Below, in pieces: positions 19,046-27,915 of a DNA stretch of 55,656 nucleotides; position 1 is the stretch's first letter; each line of letters opens with the position of its first letter. The notes under the pieces are model-generated. The model had not been told where the DNA came from. It saw only the letters and a program-made list of their open reading frames with translations, and did not search any database. Source of the DNA: Nitrospirota bacterium (GTDB lineage: Bacteria > Nitrospirota > Thermodesulfovibrionia > Thermodesulfovibrionales > Dissulfurispiraceae); NCBI GenBank assembly GCA_040758355.1, contig JBFLWF010000017.1, forward strand, positions 1 to 55,656, in the 5' to 3' direction. Position numbers and translations under genes: made by a program.

Positions 19046-19999
19046 ATGGAGGTTTTAAAACAGGCAAAGGAACTGAGGAAACTATGGGGAGGATTCTGGT
19101 CAGCAAGGGTTTTATTAACTGCTAATAATTTCGGGGTTTTCGATTACCTTAAATCTCCAAAGACAGCAATAGAAATTGCGAAATTATTAAAGACAGATAG
19201 CAGGGCTACAGAGATATTGCTCGATGCACTTGCAGGTCTCGGCCTTTTGAAGAAGTCAGGGAATAAATATAAAAACACACCAACCGCAAACCGCTTCCTT
19301 ATAAAAGAAAGTCCATATTATCACGGCGACATAATAAAACATGCAGATACACTCTGGAAGAACTGGTCAGGGCTTGATGAAATAATAAAAACAGGGAGGC
19401 CGAATCGCTCAGCGCATGACCACGAGGCATTCATCAAGGGCATGCATAACATCGCTTCTTTAAAGGCAAAAGATGTAATAAAGGCGATTGATTTAAAAGG
19501 AGTGAGAAAGGCGCTCGACTTAGGCGGCGGCCCTGGTACATATTCTATTGAAATGGCAAAGAAAGGCTTATCCGTCACACTTTTCGATCTGCCTGAGACC
19601 ATAAAGATCGCAAAAGAAATAATTAAAAAATCAAAAGCAAAGGACATAGATTTTATTGAAGGGGATTTTATTTCAGATGACATAGGAAACGGCTATGACC
19701 TGATATTCATAAGCCAGGTTTTGCATGCTTACTCGGAAAAAAGCTGCATGAGCCTTATCAAAAAATCAAAGGCAGCGCTAAATCCCAACGGCAGAATTGT
19801 CATTCAGGAATTTTACATCGACAAAAACAGGACAACACCTCCGCAGTCCGCACTCTTTTCGGTCAACATGCTCGTCAATACATACGGCAGATGCTATCCG
19901 CCATCTGAAATTAAGCAATGGCTCACAAAGGCAGGATTCAAAAATATTAGGCATAAAATATTCAATGACAGCGTGATGGTGGAAGGGGTGAATAAGTAA
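19046..19999 (+). CDS. O-methyltransferase (dimerisation + Methyltransf_2)
   Basis: ALDLGGGPGTYS, FDLPETI, GDF. Confidence 0.9.
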   Translation: MEVLKQAKELRKLWGGFWSARVLLTANNFGVFDYLKSPKTAIEIAKLLKTDSRATEILLDALAGLGLLKKSGNKYKNTPTANRFLIKESPYYHGDIIKHADTLWKNWSGLDEIIKTGRPNRSAHDHEAFIKGMHNIASLKAKDVIKAIDLKGVRKALDLGGGPGTYSIEMAKKGLSVTLFDLPETIKIAKEIIKKSKAKDIDFIEGDFISDDIGNGYDLIFISQVLHAYSEKSCMSLIKKSKAALNPNGRIVIQEFYIDKNRTTPPQSALFSVNMLVNTYGRCYPPSEIKQWLTKAGFKNIRHKIFNDSVMVEGVNK

Positions 20000-20141
20000 A
20001 ATACGAAAATGCCGTAAACGGGTATCAATTGATTTGTGATTTTTTCTTTGAAGAAGCCATCAAATGTGCTATATTTTAATCATTAACTTGGGAAAACCGG
20101 AAATTTGGATATTAAATGTTGTGCTAAAATATAGATAAAAA

Positions 20142-20399
20142 ATGCCTATAATCAGCAGGTTTTTTGGTATAGTTATTTATATGTTCTGGCGTGACCATCA
20201 GCCTCCCCACTTCCATGCGAGATACGGGGACGAAGAAATTATCGTTGAAATTGAAACGGGCAAGGTCACAGGCCATATTGCTCAAAGGGCATTGAATATG
20301 ATTCAAGAATGGAGAGAACAACATAAAGAGGAATTGCTGGCTGACTGGAAGCTGGCTGAACAAAATAAACCATTAGTTCGAATTAGTCCATTGGAGTAA
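20142..20399 (+). CDS. DUF4160-family protein (putative TA component)
   Basis: MPIISRFFGIVIYM...DHQPPHFHARYG. Confidence 0.9.
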   Translation: MPIISRFFGIVIYMFWRDHQPPHFHARYGDEEIIVEIETGKVTGHIAQRALNMIQEWREQHKEELLADWKLAEQNKPLVRISPLE

Positions 20400-20402
20400 A
20401 AA

Positions 20403-20648
20403 ATGATACTTCATGTCAAAGAAGCTAAATACCTTCATGATTACGTGATTTGGCTGAGATTTAATGATGGCGCTGAAGGTGAAGTCAACCTCAAAGATGA
20501 ACTTTACGGGGAAATTTTCGAACCGCTCAAGGATTTGGAAATGTTCAAATCATTCAGGTTAGACCCAGTTCTTGAGACTATTGTTTGGGAAAACGGAGCC
20601 GACCTTGCTCCAGAATTCCTATATGACAAGATGAAAGTCTTAGCATAA
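20403..20648 (+). CDS. DUF2442-family protein (putative TA partner)
   Basis: LRFNDG, FEPLKD, TIVWENGADLAPE. Confidence 0.9.
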   Translation: MILHVKEAKYLHDYVIWLRFNDGAEGEVNLKDELYGEIFEPLKDLEMFKSFRLDPVLETIVWENGADLAPEFLYDKMKVLA

Positions 20649-20702
20649 TCAATCACTATCGGTGGCCAGGCCATTGCCTGCCGCACAGTTCAGGCGTTAA
20701 GG
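20643..20702 (+). other. attC-like site
   Basis: GCATAAT...GGTGGCCAGGC-CATT-GCCTGCCGC...GTTAAGG; imperfect hairpin overlapping the stop codon. Confidence 0.6.
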
Positions 20703-20729
20703 CGCTAGCAGATAAACCATAAACGATCG

Positions 20730-21404
20730 TTGCAAATGAAAAAGCCAGTTTTGCAGAACTATGGCATCACTGAAATTGATCTAAAGAGAGCCGGGTCAGT
20801 CAAGAAATGGCTTAAGGTTTTCGCCATTGTTCAAATGTTCCCTGGCTGGTGGCTTCTTGGATATGGTAATAGAGGCTGGTGGATGTGGATTTTCTTCATT
20901 ATTGCAGTACCTCCCTATGGGCCACTAATTTTGTATTTCATTATAAAAGGGATATTTCTACTATTTTCTCGTTCTTTTCGAGCCGTAAGCAAGTATGAAT
21001 CGGACCGTAATGCTTTTGAAAAATGGTGGATCCGAACTAAGGAAATGTTCTGGCTGTCCTTATCAGGCAGGCAATTTGAACATGAATTGGCAAATCTCTA
21101 TCGTATGCTTGGGCACAAAGCAGATGTGACTACCACCAGTGATGATAAAGGAGTTGATATATGGCTGATCCGAAATGGACAGCGAGTACCTGTACAATGC
21201 AAAGCTCACAAGCGCCCTATAGGCCCTGCCGCAGCGAGAGAATTTTATGGCAGCATGAATCATTTCAAAGCTGAGAGAGGAATTTTAGCATCTTTGTCAG
21301 GTTTTACCAAGGGTGTTTTAGAATACACGCGAGACAAACCGATAGAGTTGGTAGATTTAAACTGGATATTGAATAACCAGAAAAAACTTGAGAATTACGA
21401 GTAG
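20730..21404 (+). CDS. Mrr-like restriction endonuclease with N-terminal transmembrane helices
   Basis: GRQFEHELA...DKGVDI...VQCK (D-QxK Mrr motif); hydrophobic Trp-rich N-terminus. Confidence 0.82.
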   Translation: MQMKKPVLQNYGITEIDLKRAGSVKKWLKVFAIVQMFPGWWLLGYGNRGWWMWIFFIIAVPPYGPLILYFIIKGIFLLFSRSFRAVSKYESDRNAFEKWWIRTKEMFWLSLSGRQFEHELANLYRMLGHKADVTTTSDDKGVDIWLIRNGQRVPVQCKAHKRPIGPAAAREFYGSMNHFKAERGILASLSGFTKGVLEYTRDKPIELVDLNWILNNQKKLENYE

Positions 21405-21416
21405 TCAATGAATACC

Positions 21417-21467
21417 GCCCTAACAACAGGCTTCAACACCGACTGGCAATCATTGCCAGCCGGTGAG
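21417..21467 (+). other. attC-like site truncated on the right by an IS1182 remnant
   Basis: GCCCTAAC-AACAG-GCTTCAA then hairpin CACCGACTGGCAAT/ATTGCCAGCCGGTG. Confidence 0.7.
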
Positions 21468-21700
21468 ATTAGTCGCTGAACCCCTCATAAAATCCCATAT
21501 GATAACAGAGAACAAGCCTTTACACCAGTTAGCAAGAAAGGAGCAATATGGCGAGATACAAAGAATACGACTACAGCCATGGCAAATTCATACCAATACA
21601 TCTCGACAAGCAGATACTTCCCGGGACTTTCGAATATATCCTGCACTATCTGATAGACAATAAACTATCTTTCGATATTTGATTTGCGTTATAACAATGC
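21465..21700 (+). pseudogene. IS1182-family transposase N-terminal fragment (ATG 21548)
   Basis: MARYKEYDYSHGKFIPIHLDKQILPGTFEYILHYLIDN, frameshift, then SIFDLRYNN. Boundaries approximate. Confidence 0.65.
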
Positions 21701-21849
21701 CGGGTCCGGCGCTCTGGAACTGTTGAGCCGGTATCCAGCTATATCTGCTCCACATTGGGATTGGATATATCTACTCTAAAGGGAACATGAAGCATAAATA
21801 CAAAACAAAAACATCGAGGAAGTCGAGAAAGAGGAATATTAGGGATATT

Positions 21850-21967
21850 AGGGACACATCCCATATTTCTTGATAGAGAGGCAGTCATTTAGTAGAGTCT
21901 CTACATGTCGAGGATGGTGAAACAGTTGCAACAAAAAAAGAAGGGATAAATATGGGGATGTGTCCCT
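21850..21967. mobile_element. MITE-like element with ~19-bp terminal inverted repeats
   Basis: AGGGACACATCCCATATTT ... AAATATGGGGATGTGTCCCT. Confidence 0.65.
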
Positions 21968-21979
21968 GTTTATCTAAAT

Positions 21980-22033
21980 CACGGGATCGGCTGAAAACTG
22001 CCCCGCTCCCTATGAGTTCTTCTGGCGTTATGT
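21980..22033 (+). other. Right part of an attC-like site
   Basis: GGGATCGG...CCGCTCCC hairpin then TGAGTTCTTCTGGC-GTTATGT. Confidence 0.55.
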
Positions 22034-22079
22034 CCAATTATCGTCTTGCCTTATCTACGCCATTGACGTATAATAAATT

Positions 22080-22397
22080 ATGGTCATTATAGAGACCCCG
22101 ATATTCACGAAACGAATTCGGGAATTAATGCCAGATGAAGAATATCGGCTTTTGCAAACTCATTTGGTCAATAGACCGGATGCCGGAAAAATAATATCGG
22201 GAAGCAGAGGACTAAGAAAACTCCGGTGGTCTACTGGCGGGCATGGAAAGAGGGGCGGCATTAGGGTCATTTATTATTGGTTTGTATCCCAAGAAGTTAT
22301 CCTTCTCCTTTTTGCATACCCAAAGAGTGAACAGGACGATTTGACAACAGACCAACTAAGACAACTTAAGAAAATTATAGAAAGGGAGTATCTATGA
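22080..22397 (+). CDS. RelE/HigB-2-type toxin
   Basis: IIETPIF, GLRKLRW, GKRGGIRVIYY, AYPKSEQDDLT; own promoter TTGCCT-17-TATAAT. Confidence 0.9.
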   Translation: MVIIETPIFTKRIRELMPDEEYRLLQTHLVNRPDAGKIISGSRGLRKLRWSTGGHGKRGGIRVIYYWFVSQEVILLLFAYPKSEQDDLTTDQLRQLKKIIEREYL

Positions 22398-22750
22398 AAA
22401 AAGAACTATTTGAAGAGTTGCTTGAAAGCGTTAAGCAGGGCGCAGCTATTATGAAGGGTAAAATGAAACCGTCCCGCAGCATTGAGTTTCCAGAGTCTGA
22501 AGTGAGGAAAATACGTGAACGATATGGATTATCTCAGGACAAATTCGCGTCTCTGATGGGAATAAGCGTTGCTACACTTCGCAATTGGGAACAAGGGCGG
22601 CGCAAACCCGAAGGACCATCCCGTGTACTGTTGCGGGTTGCTGCTGAACATCCTGAAGCCATACTTGACATTGCAAGACGCCAAAAAGCAAATAAGACAG
22701 GATTAACAAAGCGCTCTACCGGATCGCGGCTTGCCACACGTTCCCGGTGA
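22394..22750 (+). CDS. HigA-2/NadS-type HTH antitoxin (C-terminal tail reads through attC)
   Basis: LFEELLESV, LSQDKFA, TLRNWEQGRRKPEGP. Confidence 0.9.
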   Translation: MKKELFEELLESVKQGAAIMKGKMKPSRSIEFPESEVRKIRERYGLSQDKFASLMGISVATLRNWEQGRRKPEGPSRVLLRVAAEHPEAILDIARRQKANKTGLTKRSTGSRLATRSR

Positions 22751-22763
22751 GCTTTTGGGCTTA
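22701..22763 (+). other. attC-like site with decayed right core
   Basis: GATTAAC-AAAGC-GCTCTACCGG...CCGGTGAGC (one extrahelical base), ending at the convergent gene's stop. Confidence 0.65.
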
Positions 22764-22997
22764 TTCGGTCACAGAATTATCATCATTTCTTCCCTCTATG
22801 ACCTTTTCTGCTGTTTCCTTATCCTCTTCTCTTACTAAGACCTTTATCTCTCCCATTTTGCCGATATTCACAGGATATGGACTCACCTTTGATGACCTCA
22901 AGACCACGGGTATTCCGCCGCTTTCCAGCAGGTCTTTTATTATCTCTGCCTCAATAGGGTCATAAGTAACAAATACCACGACCCATTCATCGCTCAT
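22761..22997 (-). CDS. DUF2007-like putative signal-transducing protein
   Basis: [15 protein letters not shown]...VLVREED. Confidence 0.8.
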   Translation of the reverse strand: MSDEWVVVFVTYDPIEAEIIKDLLESGGIPVVLRSSKVSPYPVNIGKMGEIKVLVREEDKETAEKVIEGRNDDNSVTE

Positions 22998-23641
22998 TTG
23001 CCTTTTACCTTCTCCCAATCCTTTAAAAACTTTTCTATCCCTATATCAGTCAACGGATGCCTGGCGAGCTGAGAGATTACGCTGTAAGGGATTGTGGCAA
23101 TATCAGCGCCCATCTTTGCTGCCTCCACAACATGGAGCGGATTCCTTATGCTCGCGACTATCACCTCAGTATCAAAAAAGTAATTCTCATAAATATCCTG
23201 GATATCGGCTACCAGATCCATTCCTATATGACTTATATCATCGAGCCTTCCGACAAAAGGGCTCACATACGTGGCTCCTGCCTTTGCAGCAAGCAGTGCC
23301 TGGCTTGCAGAGAATATGAGCGTAACATTGGTCTTAATGCCTTCTGCCGAAAGCCTTTTGACAGCCCTCAGTCCATCTTCGGTCATGGGTATCTTGACCA
23401 CAATGTTTTCATGTATCTTAGCGAGTTCCTCTGCCTCTTTAACTATTTCATCAGCCTTTAAGCTTACTGCCTCTGCGCTGATCGGGCCGTCGACAATACT
23501 GCATATCTCCTTCAAAAGACCAATCGGCTCCCTCTCTTCCTTTGATATAAGGGATGGATTTGTGGTTACTCCGTCAATAACGCCGAGTTCCCCTGCCTTT
23601 TTAATCTCTTCAACATTTGCTGTGTCGATAAAAAATTTCAT
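22994..23641 (-). CDS. tal: Transaldolase / fructose-6-phosphate aldolase family
   Basis: [36 protein letters not shown]. Confidence 0.93.
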   Translation of the reverse strand: MKFFIDTANVEEIKKAGELGVIDGVTTNPSLISKEEREPIGLLKEICSIVDGPISAEAVSLKADEIVKEAEELAKIHENIVVKIPMTEDGLRAVKRLSAEGIKTNVTLIFSASQALLAAKAGATYVSPFVGRLDDISHIGMDLVADIQDIYENYFFDTEVIVASIRNPLHVVEAAKMGADIATIPYSVISQLARHPLTDIGIEKFLKDWEKVKGK

Positions 23642-24408
23642 TTTTCTTCCTCCCCTTCTTTTATTGGCTTTAGCGGCAATAAAATATATTCGTCTCCATC
23701 CTTTTCAACCTTAAAACCGAATTCATTAATAGTATCCACCAGAGGCCTTCCAAGTATTAAATCCATTGCGGTTGATGGAACATTAAACTTCTCCTCAAGA
23801 AACGGCCTTATATATGTATCGTACTGCAGCATATCCATTATATCTTCTACAGCATCTTCTCTTCCTTCTGCCAGCCTGTCAAAGGCATCCGAGAGCTTTT
23901 TATATGAACACTTTTCTTCATGCTTCTCTATGACCTCCATAAGCAAATCAATGGAGCCGAATATATCGCTCCTCCTTAAAGCCTTTTCTTCAAGTCCGCT
24001 CATGAGGTTTTCCGGCGCCCAGCACTTATATGCCCTGCATTGAGAAGGTCTGTTTTCGTATATGCTGCATCCTTCATTATCCTTATAAAATACGCATACA
24101 GACGTCCTGTCTTTATCCTTAATCTTAACAAGCTCTACAAATGACTCATATATATTGCCATCTCCCTTAGACCTTACACGCTCTCCATCTCTTATTGTGT
24201 ATGTATTTTCATGAGACAGCACGCCAGATACAAAAAGGGACATGTCTGCCTTCATTAATGAAGGACTGCTTTCACTGCAGCACTTGCCGCAGCGGATGCA
24301 GCTTGTCCTTTTATTAAGCCTCATCTTCTGAGGCTTATCACTATTTTCAAGCCCCTGCGGCGTGAGGATTTCGAGTTTGCTTTTCACATTTTTATCTTTC
24401 ATTGTCAT
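23638..24408 (-). CDS. YkgJ-family cysteine-cluster protein
   Basis: CIRCGKCC ... CVFY...[25 protein letters not shown] before 24408. Confidence 0.85.
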   Translation of the reverse strand: MTMKDKNVKSKLEILTPQGLENSDKPQKMRLNKRTSCIRCGKCCSESSPSLMKADMSLFVSGVLSHENTYTIRDGERVRSKGDGNIYESFVELVKIKDKDRTSVCVFYKDNEGCSIYENRPSQCRAYKCWAPENLMSGLEEKALRRSDIFGSIDLLMEVIEKHEEKCSYKKLSDAFDRLAEGREDAVEDIMDMLQYDTYIRPFLEEKFNVPSTAMDLILGRPLVDTINEFGFKVEKDGDEYILLPLKPIKEGEEEK

Positions 24409-24413
24409 CTCCT

Positions 24414-25616
24414 TTAATTGCATGCCTTTATTCTTATACATTCATTTATAACTTCGGCTATATGTTTTACCGGCCTGTCTTTGATCCTGCTCCTGAGCTG
24501 GAGTATGCAGTTCGGACATGATGTGACAATCATATCCGCCCTTTTGTATTCTTCAATCCTTTTTTCGAGGATGCCCTCGGAAAGCTCCTGATATAATAAC
24601 CTAAACGTGCCGCCAAATCCACAGCAGCCCCTTTCCGAATCCATGAGATGAAATCCCATGGACCTCAATATCTGCCTCGGCTCGACACTCACATCCAAAC
24701 CGTAAATGGAATGGCACGGGTCGTGATAAATCACTTTTGAGGGCTGAGGGCTGAAGGCTGAAGGCTGAAGTTTACCAAAAAACTGCGATACCTCAACAGC
24801 ATTGTCTATTCCGTCTCCAATGAGGCTTCTATACCCGTTTTTTATGGAATCAATGCAGGTTGGACAGAGTCCGATGACAGCCTCCACGTTCAGTTTCTTG
24901 AAGGCATTCATATTCCTCTCTGCCATTTCAGCAGCATCCTCTCTACGTCCGAGTCCCATCAGCGGCGCACCGCAGCATACCTCTCCTTTTGGGAGGACGA
25001 CATCATAGTTCATTGCATTCAGGCTCTCTATCAATGACCTTCCTATATTGGGATAAATGAAATTAACACTGCAGCCCGCAAAGATCGCAATCCTTCCCCT
25101 GGGCTTTGATACCCTAAAAATAGACATCCCGTCCCTGAGTGCAGAATCAGGAAGAGTTACATCCATCCTCTTTATTGCACTGAAGGGATAGATTCGAAAA
25201 ACAGGAAGCATCTCGTTTATGGTCTCAAGGAATTTTAAAATCCTGAAGGAATTCGATGCCTTCTTGAGCCCGAGCCTTATGCCAAGGCCCAAAAACCTTC
25301 TCTTTTTATTGAAATCCCTGAGGCGGTTTCTGGCCTCATACATGGCATCCGTTACATTAATCCCAAGCGGGCATAGCTTATTGCACGCTCCGCAGAGCAT
25401 GCAGCTGAATATCCTCTCATCCAGTTTCTTCGACGGTTCGAGTTCTCCTTCGTGAAATTTCTCTAAAAGAACAACCCTGCCCCTGGCACTCATTCCCTCT
25501 GTTACATCTTCAATATAAGTGGGACATAACGCCTTGCAGCTTCCGCACTTTACACACAGGAGTGATGGAGTAATGGAGTGATGGAGTGACGGGGTGTTAT
25601 GAATTGAGTTTTCCAC
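24414..25616 (-). CDS. (Fe-S)-binding GlcF-like protein (2x[4Fe-4S] + CCG domains)
   Basis: CVKCGSCKALCP, CMLCGACNKLCP, CCG twice, YHDPCH. Probable GTG start at 25616. Confidence 0.88.
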   Translation of the reverse strand: MENSIHNTPSLHHSITPSLLCVKCGSCKALCPTYIEDVTEGMSARGRVVLLEKFHEGELEPSKKLDERIFSCMLCGACNKLCPLGINVTDAMYEARNRLRDFNKKRRFLGLGIRLGLKKASNSFRILKFLETINEMLPVFRIYPFSAIKRMDVTLPDSALRDGMSIFRVSKPRGRIAIFAGCSVNFIYPNIGRSLIESLNAMNYDVVLPKGEVCCGAPLMGLGRREDAAEMAERNMNAFKKLNVEAVIGLCPTCIDSIKNGYRSLIGDGIDNAVEVSQFFGKLQPSAFSPQPSKVIYHDPCHSIYGLDVSVEPRQILRSMGFHLMDSERGCCGFGGTFRLLYQELSEGILEKRIEEYKRADMIVTSCPNCILQLRSRIKDRPVKHIAEVINECIRIKACN

Positions 25617-26385
25617 TTCTGAATCCCTCAAGGTCGATGGCGATATATTTAAATCCAATCTTTTTAAACTTATTTACAATAGAATCTCTCAATTCTTTAT
25701 TGAATAACCTGTCAATCTCATCAGCCCTTAGCTCTATCCTTGCCATATCATTATGACTTCTGACCCTTAATTCAGTGAAACCGAGACTCTTGAGAAACTC
25801 TTCCGACATCTTAACCCTCTTCAGTGCATCCTTTGTAATCGCCACCCCGTACGGGAATCTGGAGGAAAGGCAAGGAGATGCAGGCTTTGACCATGTGGGA
25901 AGTCCCATTGCCTTTGAAAGCTCCCTGATTTCATCCTTTGAGAGTCCTGCCTCCACAAGCGGGCTTCTGATACCATGTTTCGCTGCTGCCTGTCTTCCCG
26001 GCCTCCAGTCCGAAAGGTCATCGGAATTGCTGCCGTCAATAACACATTTGTAATCTTCTGCTCTGGCTGTATCTAAAAGTTTGGAGAAGAGTTCGTCCTT
26101 GCAATAAAAACACCTGTCTCTGGGATTGCTCACAAAATCTGGATTGGACATCTCATCGGTTTTAATAACTCTGTGTTTTATGCCGATGAATTTTGCCATA
26201 TCTTCGGCGAATCTCAACTCGCTCTCCGGCATGGTCTCCGAATATGCTATAACAGCGAGGGCATGAATGCCGGATTCTTTTACTGCCTTAAGAAGGAATG
26301 TACTGTCAACGCCTCCTGAAAAGGCAAGGACAACAGACTGCATCTCTTGAAGAATAGACAGGAGTTTTTCAAACTTATCATTCAT
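25597..26385 (-). CDS. larE: ATP-dependent sacrificial sulfur transferase LarE-like
   Basis: AFSGGVDS, DRCFYCK, RPG, SPCLSSRFPYG, GFRSG. Confidence 0.9.
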   Translation of the reverse strand: MNDKFEKLLSILQEMQSVVLAFSGGVDSTFLLKAVKESGIHALAVIAYSETMPESELRFAEDMAKFIGIKHRVIKTDEMSNPDFVSNPRDRCFYCKDELFSKLLDTARAEDYKCVIDGSNSDDLSDWRPGRQAAAKHGIRSPLVEAGLSKDEIRELSKAMGLPTWSKPASPCLSSRFPYGVAITKDALKRVKMSEEFLKSLGFTELRVRSHNDMARIELRADEIDRLFNKELRDSIVNKFKKIGFKYIAIDLEGFRSGKLNS

Positions 26386-27890
26386 AAAACCGTGATTTCG
26401 TAGTTTTCCTGATGGAGGTTCACATCCTCCTTCACTATAACTTTTATGCCATATATATTCTCGACATCTTCAATGCCATGCCTCTCCTCGTCCGACAGAA
26501 GGTCTGCAACTGCAGGATTCGCCTTTATCATAGCCGTTGTGTTGTGTGGCAGGTTCATTTTCTTGAGTTTTCTGAATATCTCATATGCGACTGTCCGTGC
26601 CGATTTGACAAAACCCTTGCCCTCGCAGTAAGGACACTGTTCGCACAGCACCCTGCCGAGGCTCTCCCGTACGCGCTTCCTCGTCATCTGTATGATGCCA
26701 AGCTCGGAGAGGTTGTAAATGGTATTCTTTGCCCTGTCCTTTTTCATGGCATCAACAAAGGCGCTGAAGACCTTTTCCCTGTTTTCCAATTTTTCCATAT
26801 CGATGAAGTCTATTATGATTATGCCTCCTAAATTTCGGAGCCTTATCTGGTAGGCGATCTCTTTAACAGCCTCGAGGTTTGTCTTCAATATTGTATCCTC
26901 AAGGCTTTCCTTTCCCACAAACTTTCCTGTGTTCACATCGATAACCGTCATTGCCTCTGTCTGGTCTATAACTATATATCCTCCGGATTTAAGCCATACC
27001 CTTCTGCCAAGTGCCCTCGATATGTCCAGCTCTATGCCGAATGCATCGAATATGGGTTCCCTGCCTTCGTACAACTCTATCCTGTCAAGCAGTCTCGGGA
27101 AGTAATTTCCGGCAAATTCTTTTACCCGCTCATACTCTTCAGGGGAGTCTATTACAAGCCTTTCCACATCCTGGCCCATAAAGTCCCTTACACTCCTGAA
27201 CACAAGATCGAGATCGCTGTATATAAGGCATGGTGCGGACATTTTTTCCTTCTTTTTCTGGATATTATCCCAGAGGAGCATCAAAAATTCGAGGTCTTTC
27301 TTTATCTCGTCGATTGTGGCGTCTTCGCTGGCAGTCCTCACAATCAGGCCAAAACCCTTAGGCTTTATTTCTGTGGCCATTGCCTTGAGCCGTGCACGGC
27401 TCTCTTCATCCTCAATCCGCCTGGAGATTCCCACATGCTCCACATTAGGCATAAGGACTATATATCTGCCTGGAAGGGTAATGTATGAGGTAACACGGGC
27501 GCCCTTTGTACCAATGGGGTCTTTTGAGACCTGAACAAAAAGCTCCTGACCTTCCTGCACTATCTCCTCTATCGACAGCGCCTCTTCCATATGGGCTGCC
27601 TTTGGATATAACTCCAGTTTTTCTGCCTCGGTATCTAAAAAGGCAGTATAATACTCCTCCATCTCTGTCATGATATCAGCCACATATAGAAAAGCTGCCT
27701 TTTCAAGACCGATGTCAACAAATGCGGACTGCATGCCCGGAAGTATCTTTATAATCTTTCCCTTATAGATATTCCCCACAAGGCTTGCACCCCTTTTCCT
27801 TTCTATATAAAGCTCAACAACCTGCCCCCCTTCAAGAAGTGCAACCCTGCTCTCTTCCCTCGTTGCATTGATCACAAGTTCGCTCGTCAT
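26382..27890 (-). CDS. rng: Rne/Rng-family ribonuclease
   Basis: GNIYKG, SAFVDIG, IDVNTGKF, LRNLGGIIIIDFID, CPYCEG. Confidence 0.93.
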   Translation of the reverse strand: MTSELVINATREESRVALLEGGQVVELYIERKRGASLVGNIYKGKIIKILPGMQSAFVDIGLEKAAFLYVADIMTEMEEYYTAFLDTEAEKLELYPKAAHMEEALSIEEIVQEGQELFVQVSKDPIGTKGARVTSYITLPGRYIVLMPNVEHVGISRRIEDEESRARLKAMATEIKPKGFGLIVRTASEDATIDEIKKDLEFLMLLWDNIQKKKEKMSAPCLIYSDLDLVFRSVRDFMGQDVERLVIDSPEEYERVKEFAGNYFPRLLDRIELYEGREPIFDAFGIELDISRALGRRVWLKSGGYIVIDQTEAMTVIDVNTGKFVGKESLEDTILKTNLEAVKEIAYQIRLRNLGGIIIIDFIDMEKLENREKVFSAFVDAMKKDRAKNTIYNLSELGIIQMTRKRVRESLGRVLCEQCPYCEGKGFVKSARTVAYEIFRKLKKMNLPHNTTAMIKANPAVADLLSDEERHGIEDVENIYGIKVIVKEDVNLHQENYEITVL

Positions 27891-27915
27891 AACGGCTAAT
27901 CTCTCTTTCCTCGGG

